Assembly (NCBI GenBank): GCA_964016885.1
Contig: OZ024742.1
Span: 217,558,001-217,622,000 of the forward strand
DNA: 64,000 bases
Direction: 5' to 3'
Origin: Eledone cirrhosa
Lineage: Eukaryota
In this document: in pieces, positions 1 to 11,672 of the stretch
Numbering within the stretch: position 1 is the stretch's first letter
Layout of the letters: every line of letters begins with the position of its first letter
Notes under the pieces: generated by a model
Database searches by the model: none
The model's input: only the letters and a program-made list of their open reading frames with translations
What the model was told of the DNA's origin: nothing
Translations under genes and position numbers: made by a program

Positions 1-1930
1 GATGAGATCAAAGTCCTTTCTTCTTTCCTAGTTACTAACACTTTGGTTTTTTCTAAGTTTAAGTTTACTCTCAGTCATCTTGATTCTAAGTTGTGTTTCC
101 ACAGCTGGAATTTATTCTCTAGTTCTTCCACGTATTCAGCTATAAGAACCAAATCATCAGCATACAGATGTTCCCATAGACAGCTAGTCTTAAACTCCTC
201 TGCTTTGGCCTGAATAACTATAAGAAATAGAAGTTGGCTGCAGACTGAGCTTTCATGCACTCTTACCTGTACCTTGAATTCCTCACTAAACTCACTTCCT
301 GCTCTCACTTTACCTACAACTCCTCTGTACATGGCTTGCACTGCTCTCACAAACCATCATTCTTCACCTAGTTTCTTTAAGAACCACCAGATGAGAGTTT
401 GCAGTACTTTGTCAAAGGTCTTCAGTAGATCATCAAAAGCTAGATTTAGATGGTTGCACGTATCTAGGGACTTCTCTTGTAGTTGTCTTGCTAAGAAGGC
501 ATCTGTTGTACTCCTCCTTGGCACAAACCTAAACTGCATCTCATCTAATTTGATTCTTCCCCTACTTTGTTGTGCTAGTACTCTTGCTGTCACTTTCATA
601 ACTTGGACAATTAATTTTATTCCTCTGTAGTTGCTCCTTTCTAGAGCATTACCTTTTCCATTGTAGCAATTAAGAGTATACTGCTTTGCCAGGCATTGGG
701 TATGACTCTATCCTGTATTATCTGATTGACTATGAGTGTGACGACTTTTCCCAATACTTTTAGCATCTCATTGACTATCTGACAGTCCTATGGCTTTACC
801 CTTTTTCATCTCCTTGATTGCTTCTTTGGCCTTATAACTAAATTTTGGCAGCTGGTGGGGCAGTTGTTGGTTGTCTCTTCCATTCATTCATCAGCCTTTT
901 TCTTTTGAACCTCAATGATGCTATGTGCAGTAGTGTCATTTCACACACTTTTCTCCATAGACATCCTGATTCACACTGTAATGCAGATTACCTCATTTGG
1001 TCTCTGCTGCCCCCATTTTTCCAGTCTTACCACACATATCTCTTGGCTCTAACAGCTCTATCCATTGTGCTGTTCCACTACCAGATCACCCACTATCTAG
1101 CTGGTGGTTTGCTCCAGTCACAAGTCTCATCAGTAGTTTGTAGTAGGTTGTCAGAAGGAACTTCCAATTGTCCTATATCATATGTGTCTTCCCTTTCATG
1201 TAGATCTTTCAACCTATATTCAACAGAAAGGTCTTTCAAATTCCAAACTCTCCTACTCCAGATATTTTGGTGTTTCTTGTTCAAGGAAGGTCTTAACACT
1301 TATAACCATCTTTCTATCTTTCTAACAAGTAAGAAGTCAATCTGGCTTGTGTGTTTGCCTGATTGGTAGGTGATCAGGTGGCTGGCCGGTTTCCTGAAGT
1401 TAGTGTTGCAATTGTTTAGTTTAATTGCATTACAGAATTTTAGGAACATCACTTCCTCTTAAAAGCGGTAGCCACTGTGTACTCTGCTGTAGCTATCTTG
1501 GAACTACCCCACATGTCCATTGAAGTCACTAGCTGGGATGATGAGGTCTCTGTCATCTATAACTGAGGTTGTTTGTAAGAGTTTCTCATAAAAACAGTCC
1601 TTTTTGACTTTACTCAGTCTTGCTTGTGGTGCATAGGTAGAAATAATAGTTGTCATTCTATTACCTATTACTATTCTGAGCTTGATAATTCTGACACTAG
1701 AACTATCTCAGTTACCTTATCTATCCACTTCTCAGCTAGTAGAATGTCTACCCAACCTACCCAGAAAATCTTGTATAAATGCTGTTGGCTTGTGAGTAAT
1801 TTTCCTGTGACACCCCTGCATCTCACACCTTGAACACAGCATATATCCACTCAGATCTCAAGCAACTCCACAATACCTCCAGATCTAGATTTCCATGTGC
1901 CCACATTGAGATTTGCAGCTCTGAAATGTG
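1..1930 (-). mobile_element. Degenerate RTE-clade LINE (endonuclease + RT remnants), truncated by window start
   Basis: Minus-strand ORF pieces 75-350 (LYADDLVLIAE), 357-599 (DEMQFRFVP...KTFDKV) and 1093-1299; APE-like remnant (IISTYAPQ) near 1625-1650; many stops and frameshifts. Confidence 0.85.
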
Positions 1931-2375
1931 TTATCTGACAGTGGTAATTAGGTTCTTTTGTAGTAGTACTTTGAATCCTGAGGGTGTGCAATTGCTTGAT
2001 GACAGTTTGCGTTCTTTTTCTTCAAGTGTTAAAAACTTCCAAAAAGATGAGTAGGAAGAATAATGATTATAGCAATGGGAGGCAATTTAGATGTACAGAG
2101 TGGTAAAAGACAAGTAAGGAAGGTAATTACATAGTTAAAAATAGTCTTATGAAAAAATAAAGGGAGCTAACTGTTGAACCGAATGTATAGGGTTAAAAAA
2201 AGAAATATTACTGAGTTTGGAGAGGAGGGTCCAAAGGAAGTGAATAAGTGGAGTTCTTTTAATCTGGTAACGGCAAATTTTTCCAATGCTTTACAATTTG
2301 AGAGTGTAGGGACAATGATTGAAGAAATTTGCCCTCATATTCAGAGAGTTGATGGAGTTGTGTAACAATGTACAT

Positions 2376-2550
2376 AATTGTTTCTACTTTAGGCACAAGG
2401 CCAGCAATTACCCAGTGCATTACTGGTACTTTATTTTATCGACCCCGTAAGGATGAAAGGCAAAGTCAACCTCGGCAGGATTTGAACTCAGATCGTAAAG
2501 GGACGTAACTATGCTGGAAAGCATGGCATCCGACCCTCCACCGATTAGCA
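2376..2550 (-). mobile_element. tRNA-derived SINE family 1
   Basis: Reverse strand has B-box-like GAGTTCAAATCC and the core CTTTCATCCTTACGGGGTCGATAAAATAAAGTACCAG; near-identical copies at 9831, 24127, 58072 and 63486. Confidence 0.85.
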
Positions 2551-2639
2551 CGTTCTATAGCCATTTGCATAGGGTTGGGATCTTTCAAGAAACTTCCAGT
2601 TTATTTATGCCATATTTTAAGGATTCACACATGACTTAT

Positions 2640-3065
2640 AAGTTTAGTGCTTGATCTTTTTTCTAGCTAGAAAGAATATGAACAGATTGGAAAACTTTGA
2701 GGTAACTACTACCTCGGTTGACAACAAAAGGATTATCTCTTCATACAAAAGACTGTGTAAGAAGTGGGTTGTTGCGTGGCAATGAATGTTGAGGATATTC
2801 AAATACTGGAGAAATATGAGTTGAGCATGCTCCAATGGATGTGTAATGTGAGTGCATGAATGAGGTAAGAGAAAAACTGGACATGTAGTATGTAGGAAAG
2901 AAGATCATGCTAGTATGGTATAAATGTTAGGTGAATAAGTGCCAGGAGTTCCCTGAAGATGAGCATGTCCAAGAAAAAGTAAAGCAGGCATGGTAAGAGG
3001 TAATCTCAAAATGCTGAACACTATGGAAGGAGCTGTCCAACCCATGCATTTAAAAATAGGCGTCA
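2640..3065 (+). mobile_element. Highly decayed RTE LINE 3' fragment
   Basis: Remnants of GWKxFRxLLP / MLQWMCNV motifs and a CCAACCCATGC...AAAATAGGCGTCAA tail. Confidence 0.6.
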
Positions 3066-3106
3066 ATATATATATGTATATATATATATATTTCTATATG
3101 AATATA

Positions 3107-5131
3107 TCTTCTTCGCCCACTTATTCATAGGAGGATCGTGGGGGAAAAGTCTTCAAACACTCCTTCCAGCAGGTCATGTCAGAAGTTGTTCTGGCTGGAT
3201 ACCCTAGACCAGTTGAGCTCATGGATGTTATCTAACCATCTTGCTTGAGGTCGACCCCTAGGTCTCCTGCCAGTTGGTTTTGCCCGTAAAATCTGTCCAG
3301 CAATTCTTTCTTGAGAGATTATATCCACGTGTCCATAATATTGAAACTGATCTCTCAATTTGGAGATATAGTGGCTCTATCTGGAGTGACTCTCTGATCC
3401 CCAAGCTAAGCACTCTATCAAGTAACATTACACCAAAGACCCTTCGGAGGAACCCCATTTCAGCCACTTGTATTCGCGATCATATTCTTTCAGTCATTAC
3501 CCAGGATTCCTCAACATAGGTAAGGGTTGGAATGGATACCGTATTGAAGATAGCAAGTTTGGCTTTTACACATACCTCTCTTCTGATGACTGAGTGCTGA
3601 AGCTGGCCCATTATTGCACCAGCTCCTGCAATTCTTGCACTTAATTCAGCCTCCTGCCTTCCATCACTCATGTACACAGCCTTGAAATATTTGAACCTCT
3701 CCACCTGATGCAGTGGAACTCCTCATGTAGAGTGCACTGCACAGGCTTCCTTGAAAGGACAAATGTCTGTCTTCATAGCACTGATTTTCATACCAGCCAT
3801 GCAGCACTCAGTATGAAACATATCAAGTGCATGTTGGAGATCTCCTTTACCGATCCTACACCTGCCAGTCATGATACCACTTCCAACCTGGCTGCGCATG
3901 TCAATCTTGTTCATGAAGATTATGAACAGGAGAGATGACAGTATGCGCCCTTGGCGGAGCCCAACTCTCACATTGAATGCTTTCAATTTAGCACCATTTA
4001 CCCGAACACAAATATGAATGGAGAGGGCTTATTAGATTTCTGTTCTAGTAATGGGCTCTTTATTATGAACACCTTCCAACACAAAGACATCCATAAATTA
4101 CATGGTATAAGGGGAATCAGGGACAGAGATCAATAATTGATTTTGTTATTGTCTCTCATCTCTTCGATTTTTAGCTGGATGTTTGTGTTAAGAGAGGGAA
4201 TGAGTTGTCAGTTGGTCACATTCTAGTTATCTGCAACTTGAGACCACCTAAAGCGAAAGAAGCCCAGGAAACTAGCAGGTCCAAGTCAACCTACAGGATA
4301 AAGCGGGAAGCATTGGTGGATAAAGAAGTCAGGACCAAGTATGTGGATACTGTTGCATCCAAATTCAGAGAACTCCCTGACCAAAATAGGACATGGAAAT
4401 GGAATGGAGACTATTTAGCTTAGCAGTTTCTTCTTCAGCTGTTAAATACTGTGGGTGAAACCGGATTGGTGAAGCACTGGATAGCAGAAGGACTCGAGGG
4501 ATTAAAGATACCATCCGAGCAAAGAAGGTGGCCTACAAAGCTTGGCTTGGAAATAAGTCCTCCTTCTTGCACTTGCGGTACAAGCCAGTACAAAAAGTTG
4601 CAGCAGAGAATGTAAAGGCATCAAAAATTGGAAGAACTTTGGAGTTAAGCTGGAATCCGACATTGTAATAGGAAGTCTTCCTTCACACCTGCTATCAGGA
4701 ACGCATCTGGGGTTCTCCTCTCTTCAGAGAAGTGCATCTTCATGAAATGGAGAGAATACTTTGCTAATCTTCTAAACTCGGACGCAATGGCATCTTCTGA
4801 TGCCATTGCTCCAATTACAGATGGATCTTCTTGTTAATCCTTCCAGGTAAAGTCTATGCTAAAGTAACTAGCAAAGAGATGTAGGGAGATTGTCAGGTCC
4901 AAGCTAGCTGATGAACAGTGTGGTTTTGCCCCATATATCACAGCCAACCAAATAATCACACTGCAGCAGGTCTTTGAGAAATTATTGGAGTACTGCCAAG
5001 AGGTGTATTCTTGCTACATTGACCTCGAAAAGGCATACAACTACATTCCATGGGACTAACTACAGAAAGATGTGTAGGAGTATGGGATCAATAGACAGCT
5101 ACTTGTCCTGATGTATCTCTATATGAATGCC
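3107..5131 (-). mobile_element. RTE family B LINE with 5' inversion (3107-4014 on minus strand; 4010-5131 inverted, on plus strand)
   Basis: Both parts align to the colinear copy at 31030-33741; (GAA)n tail at 3107; RT motifs VGLRQG..LSxLLF on minus strand; endonuclease/linker remnants on plus strand. Confidence 0.85.
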
Positions 5132-5155
5132 CTATATATATATATATATATATAT

Positions 5156-6830
5156 GGGGCGGGTAAAATTCCTGATCCATGGATGAGTTCTCTCCAGCGG
5201 TCTCTGTCCTTCATCATCGCTGCCATGTCCTGCATCTCCAAGAGACCTGTGTCTGTCCTTAGGGCATCAACATATGTCAACCTGAGTCTCCCTCTTCTAG
5301 TGTGTCCGTGTAGTGGCTCCCACAGGAGCACTGAGGACAATGTTGGTGAGCAAGTCCAGCTAACCTCAGTCTCCTCTGTGTTACCTTTGAGCTGACTTTT
5401 GGGAGGCTCCATACAGCTCTGAGTTCTTCATCCTCAGTGTATTCTGATTAATGTTCAGAGCCATCCTTAGCATTCTTGTGTAGCACCCATCCACCATCTG
5501 AGTGAGTTTCTTGGTCAGTGTCCAAGTCTCAGACTCATACAGTAGCACAGACTCCCCTGTAGCAACAAAGAGACAGATCTTCAGGTCCCTACGAAGGTCC
5601 GACTTCCACACTGATCTCAAACTGTGGCACGCCACCCAGGCTTTGCTCTTCAACCACATCATCCTTTGTGTTCCCAATCTTTTCTCCCAGATACAGGAAG
5701 TCCTCGACCAGCTCTAGCGGCATCCTGCCACTATTTATAATCTTCTCTGGCTTCTTAATGTTCTCTACCAGATACTTCATCTTAATCTCATTCATTCTCA
5801 GCCCCACACTCATTGACTCAGTCTCCACCTCCTGCATCAACTCCTCTGCTTCCTTCACTGTGTTTGTCACCAGAACTATGTCATCAGCAAATTCAGCATC
5901 TGATATCTTTATTGCTTTAACTCTCCTGCTCTGAGGCAGTGTTGCAGAGTCCTGGTGTTTCTCCAGCGCAAGGCGCATACAATAGTCCACTACGATGATA
6001 AAAAGGTAGGGAGCTAATGTATCTCCCTGGAGCACTCCAGCCAGTATCTCAAAGAACTCCGTCATCCCATCAGGTGTAATGACTTGGGCTTTAGTGTTGG
6101 TGTAGAGCGGTTATATCAGGTCCACTATCTTCTTGAGGATTCCATAAGCCTGTAAGATCTTCATCAGACAGTGCCAGTCCACAGAATCAAAGGCCTTCCT
6201 AAAGTCAATGAAAACCATGACAGCAGGAAGGCTCTTTGCTCTAGCTCCCTCCAATATCCTCCTCAGCATTAGGATGTGACTGGTGGTTGATCTTTCTTCC
6301 CTGAAGCCGTTCTGGTTGTCCCTGAGCTTCTTCTCTACCTCAGGCTGGATCCTGTTAGGAATCATCCTGTTGAGGGTCTTTGCCACAAGTGATGTCAGTG
6401 TGATCCCCCTGTAGTTATTGGTGTTAGAGAGATCTCCCTTCTTTGGCACTAGGACGATGTTACTGATCCTTCACTGATTCGGGGCAACTCCTTTCTCCAG
6501 TGCCTGGTTACAGAACCCCAGGATGATATCATGAAAATTGCACCTCTTCATCACCTCTGATGCCACTCCTCCTTCTCCATGAGCTTGTTCTCCTTGAGCT
6601 TCTTCTTGGCTCTCAGAAGCTCCTCTCTGGTGAAGGGTCCTATCTCAATATCCAGTTCCTCAAACAACTGCCTGTTCTGGCCTGTTGAGGGCGACTCTCC
6701 TAGTAGGGTCCTAAAATGGTCCAGCCATTCCTTTTTTTACCCTCGGGCCCTGCTCCATGGATCTGACTCGAACCCCTTCTCTTCCTCCCTGTGATCTCAT
6801 TGATGATCATCCAGCTCTCCTTACACCCAG
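5156..6830 (-). mobile_element. RTE-group LINE family D, 5'-truncated
   Basis: ORFs 6111-6449 (PKKGDLS..NYRGITL, FIDFRKAFDSV) and 5589-6065 (GVLQGDTLAPYLF, FADD); C-terminal GRLRLTYVD; ends in (TA)n. Confidence 0.9.
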
Positions 6831-6831
6831 A

Positions 6832-7445
6832 CCTGAGAAGATTATGAATGTAGGCGGGAAGCCGCTAGAATTTGTTGAGGACTTCCTGTATCTGGGAGCA
6901 AAGATTGGGAACACAAAGGATGATGTGGTTGAAGAGCAAAGCCTAGCCGGCGTGCCACAGTTTGAGATCAGTGTGGAAGTCGGACCTTCATAGAGACTTG
7001 AAGATCCATCTCTTCGTTGCTACAGTCGAGACTGTGCTACTGTATGGGTCTGAGACTGGGACACTGACCAAGAAACTCACTCAGATGGTGGATGGGTGCT
7101 ACACGAGAATGCTGAGGATGGCTCTGAACATTAATCAGAATACACTGGAGATGAAGAACTCAGAGCTGTATGGGAGCCTCTTAAAAGTCAGCTCAAAAGT
7201 GCACAGAGGAGACTGAGGTTAGCTGGACATGCTCACCGACATCCAGAGTTGACACTGCACTCAGTGCTCCTGTGGGAGCCCCTACATGGACACACTAGAA
7301 GAGGGAAACCGAGGTTGACATATGTTGATGCTCTAAGGACAGACACAGGTCTCTTGGAGATGCAGAACATGGCAGCGATGATGAGGGACAGAAACCGCTG
7401 GAGAGAACTCGTGCATGGATCTTGGGAATTTTACACGCCCCCTAG
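6832..7445 (+). mobile_element. Inverted second copy of the family D LINE 3' end
   Basis: Reverse complement of 5156-5750 with scattered substitutions. Confidence 0.9.
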
Positions 7446-7497
7446 ATATATAACATATATATATACATACATATATACATATATACATATATGCTTG

Positions 7498-9375
7498 CAG
7501 TAAGCAAGAGACGGAATGAGACATGCACGAAGGTGTGGAGAAGAAAGGTGTCGAAGTTAAAAGACTTTTCACTAAAATATAAATTTAGGAAAGCCCTTCA
7601 AGATGTGTATGACGAAAAAGAAGATGAGTTAGAATCGTATGACATAGATGATAACTGGAATTTCTTACTGCAGGCTACTGAAGAAACTTGTGGCTGGAGC
7701 AGAGCTCCAACCAGACAGAGAGTGACCTGGTGGTGGAACAGCACGGTAGACAGGACCATTAGAGACAAAAGACTAGCATGGAATGCTTTGAAAAATGGTG
7801 GGAGTAGAGAAGGATATACAACCGCTAAGAGAGAAGCTAGATGTCAGGTGTACTTAGCACGCAGGGAGGCTGAGAGTAGGAGGTTTGCCAATGTTCTGCA
7901 ATCGGAAGATCAGAGACGTGCGGTGTTCCGCATTGCAAGGCAGTGTGTCAGTGCAAATCAGGATGTTGTTTGTCGATAAATGTGTCTGGAATGATGCCGG
8001 TGTACTTAGTGACACGAATGATCAGAAAAAGGAGGCCTGGAAATGTCATTATGAGAGACTGATGAATGTGGAGAACGAATGGGAGAGAGAGAAATTGCCT
8101 CCAGTAGATCCGACAGAGGGACCAGCAACTGAGATTGATGAATAGAGGGTCCAAGAGGCAATTAAGGAAATGAAAAATGGTAAGGCCGCTGGATTGTCGG
8201 GGATAGTTGCTGAGATGCTGAAGGCATCAGGGGACGTAGGCATTAAACTGGTTGCACGCATCATCAATCAGGCTATATATAGCGGTGTTTAGTAAGGAAT
8301 TCCAGATACAAGTAGGAGTACATCAGGGTTTGTTCCTCAGCCCGCTCTTCTTCATTATAGTCCTCCAAGCCATAACAGAGGAGTTTAAGACTGGCTGTCC
8401 ATTGGAACTTCTCTATGCTGATGATCTGGTTCTTATAGCAGAATCAGTAGATGAGCTGGAGAACAAATTCTGGCTATGGAAACAGCAGTTGGAATCAAGA
8501 GGACTGAGAGTGAACCTAGCTAAGACAAAAGTGTTGATGAGTAGAAAAGACGACAAAACTCTGATTCCATCAGAGAAATGGCCATGTTCGATATGCAGGA
8601 AAGGAGTTGGCATAAATTCTATAAAATGTACACAATGCAGATGCTGGGTACACAAGAGATGTAGTGGGATAGAAGGCAAACTAACAGGTAGGGAGAAATA
8701 CGTATGCAGTAGATGTACAGGGAAATTTGACAGTAGAAGTCACATTGATAGACACATTTTTCAAATGCAGGTGAGTGCTATAGAAGTGGTTGATAGCTTC
8801 CGGTACCTAGGTGATCAGATTAGCATGGAGGGGGGTGGGCGTCCGAGACCATAGTATCTAGAATAAGGACGGGTTGGAAGAAGTTTAGGGAGCTGCTTCC
8901 TCTGCTGACGAAGAAGGGTTTCTCCCTGTGTATCAAAGGCCAGTTATATGATGCGTGTGTGAGGTGCGTGATACTGCATGGTAGTGAGGCATGGTCAGTA
9001 ACTGCAGAGGATATGCGACGGCTAGAGAGAAATGAGGCAAACTTGCTCCGTTGGATGTGCAATGTAAATGTGTGTGAACGACCGAGCATGGATGTGTTGA
9101 AAGAGAAACTGTGTCTGAGAGGGATAAATTGTTGTGTGCGGGAGAGGAGACTGCGATGGTATGGACATGTTATGCGCATGGAGGATGACCGATGGGTGAA
9201 GAAGTGCCAGGAAATGCCAGTTAAAGGAAGACGTAGTAGAGGAAGACCACGAAAAACATGGGCAGAGGTGGTGAGAGCAGACCTCAGATCACTGAAGTTC
9301 ACAGTGGAGATGATGAAAGACAAGTGGAGAGATGCTGTGCTGCAAGCAGGGAAAAGCGGACGTAAAATGATGATG
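7498..9375 (+). mobile_element. RTE family A LINE fragment (internal deletion near 8285), with PHD-like finger in RT
   Basis: ORFs 7491-7979, 8252-8854 (GVHQG..LSP, LYADD, CSIC..CTQC..HKRC..CSRC) and 8959-; tail GCAAGCAGGGAAAAGCGGACGTAAAA(TGA)n. Confidence 0.9.
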
Positions 9376-9377
<2 letters not shown>

Positions 9378-9436
<59 letters not shown>

Positions 9437-9580
9437 CATATATATACATATATATATACATATATATACATATATATATATATATATTGTATATATACAT
9501 ATATATACATATATATATATATATATTGTATATATATATATATATATATATACATACATATATATATATATACATACACA

Positions 9581-9652
<72 letters not shown>

Positions 9653-9657
9653 CATAG

Positions 9658-9688
<31 letters not shown>

Positions 9689-9745
9689 CATAGATATATA
9701 CATATATATATATACATATATATATATACATATATATATACATAG
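9378..9745. repeat. (TA)n/(TACA)n compound microsatellite
   Basis: Direct inspection. Confidence 0.95.
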
Positions 9746-9830
9746 AAAGAGAGAGGACTTCCTATTACAAGGTTCAACAATTATAGTTTTTTTTATTATT
9801 GATTCTATTTCTACTATTTATCAAATCATT

Positions 9831-10012
9831 TGGCAGTATCGGTAGAGTGTCGGACGCCATGCTTTGACGTATAGAGTTACGGCCCTTTCCATTCTGAGTT
9901 CAAATCCCGTCGAGGTTAACTTTACCTTTCATCCTTACGAGGTCGATAAAATAAAGTACCAGTAATGCACTGGGTAATTGCTGGCCTTGTGCCAATAGTA
10001 GAAACAATTATT
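9831..10012 (+). mobile_element. tRNA-derived SINE family 1
   Basis: TGGCAGTATCGGTAG A-box-like start, GAGTTCAAATCC B-box, conserved core. Confidence 0.85.
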
Positions 10013-10265
10013 ATTTTTATTAGTCTTGAGGAGGTTGTTTCTATTCAAATGATTATAATAATTATGTTTAGATATACATTTATGCGCAAAGATCCTATTT
10101 TTAGCTAATTAAGATGTAGGGTTAAACATTATTCTATCATTATATCCTGATCCAGTTAGAGCTTTGTTATAATATGTAGCATTTTGGGAGATTTCCTGAT
10201 TAGCTGAGAGTCTTGAGATTCTGCCTGATATGTTATTAACTATCGATTTGATTAACAATCTAGGG

Positions 10266-11672
10266 CAAAGGTTCTCAATGGGGCCATATGCCCTTGGGGG
10301 CGGGCGAGGGGGGGGGGGGGGGCGTTTCGGAGCTCCAGGGGAGGCGTTTTGGTGCAAGGGGGCCTTGCGGAAGAGCTTTGGAGCTTTGGTGGGCACTAAG
10401 GTGACGTTGGAAGGCTCTTTACTTTGCAAAGTTTTATAAGCCATATTTGTACGTCTCTGAGACAGCCAGTGTGAATGCATTTGAATGAGCATGCAGGCAG
10501 CATAACTATGATCTGACTGCAGCAGCAAGCAGGTGTGCACACATGTCTAGACATTAACTGGCAATTGAGATCCTAAAAATAGAAAAACCCAGTCAACTGG
10601 GTAAAGGACACTTTGAGTGCACCCAGTTAGAATCTTGTCTGAAATTATTGACTCAATGCAACGAGTAGATCTATTTTATTCCCAATTGTATAAATAATAT
10701 TACAAATAAAAAAAGAAAAGGAAAAGGAAAAGCACAGAAGCGGGTAGCACACACATCTAGGACCACATACAACACATAAGCAGGTAATACACACATCTAG
10801 GACCACATACAACACATAAACAGGTAATACACACATCTAGAGCTACATACAGCACATAAGAAGGCAGCACACACATGTAGGACTACATACAACACACAGG
10901 TAGGTAATACATACATCTGGGACCACATGCAATACATAAACAGGTATCACACACATCTGGGACAACATACAACACACAGGCGGGGAATACATACATCTAG
11001 GACCACGTTAGCTCAAGGGTCCCATTGAAAGTCGATTTATCCGAAAACTTGGATATGCTATTGCTATGAAGCAAACTAACGATTATTTTATCTGTAGTTG
11101 CAGTCTGACTGGACTGGAAACCATCTACCACAATTCACTTACTCATTTGTTCTATACATTTCACCATTTACTAATAAATATACCCTCTTACGTGGTCATG
11201 AAAACCCTCCTCCGTGGTTTCTAAGCTCACAAAGTGGAGGGGACATCAAGTTAGTTATCAACATTTATTCTGTCTGTTTCATTAAAGGGAAAATTGGAAA
11301 GCTTTGAAATTATATAATTGCCACTTTCTTCCAGATAAGAGCACTCTTGGAATAGACAGAGTTGTTCTTGTATAAATGTTCAAAATAGCTGGTATCGTCT
11401 GGTGGGAATATAACAAATTCAACTGGTCCTTATTCATAAAAAAGAATATTTATGTTCCTTTTTTTTGATATTTATATACTTCCTTTCAAGGAATGCATTT
11501 ATACTCTCAACTTCCTGCAATGGTATCTTTGGAATATTGTTAATCAATTTTTTTGTAATCTACTGATATCAAAATCAGTAGTATATTGAAAAATGGAAAA
11601 ATAGGGTAGGGGCGTTTCATGATTTTGAGGGGCAAAAGGGGGCGTTTGGCCTAAATGGGTTGAGAACCTGTG
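10266..11672 (+). mobile_element. Non-autonomous hAT (Buster/Charlie-type) DNA transposon
   Basis: TIRs CAAAGGTTCTCAA / TTGAGAACCTGTG; exact 8-bp TSD ATCTAGGG at 10258-10265 and 11673-11680; ends homologous to the element at 13812-16077. Confidence 0.9.
10745..11008. repeat. 40-bp subterminal tandem repeat (~7 units) inside hAT
   Basis: Unit ~ACACATCTAGGACCACATACAACACATAAGCAGGTAATAC; reverse complement of the 14850-15600 array. Confidence 0.9.

Noticed and set aside
8820-9780. Long YI-rich ORFs (also at 52159-52666, 53750-54083 and 55488-55936)
   Set aside because: Artefacts of (TA)n microsatellites
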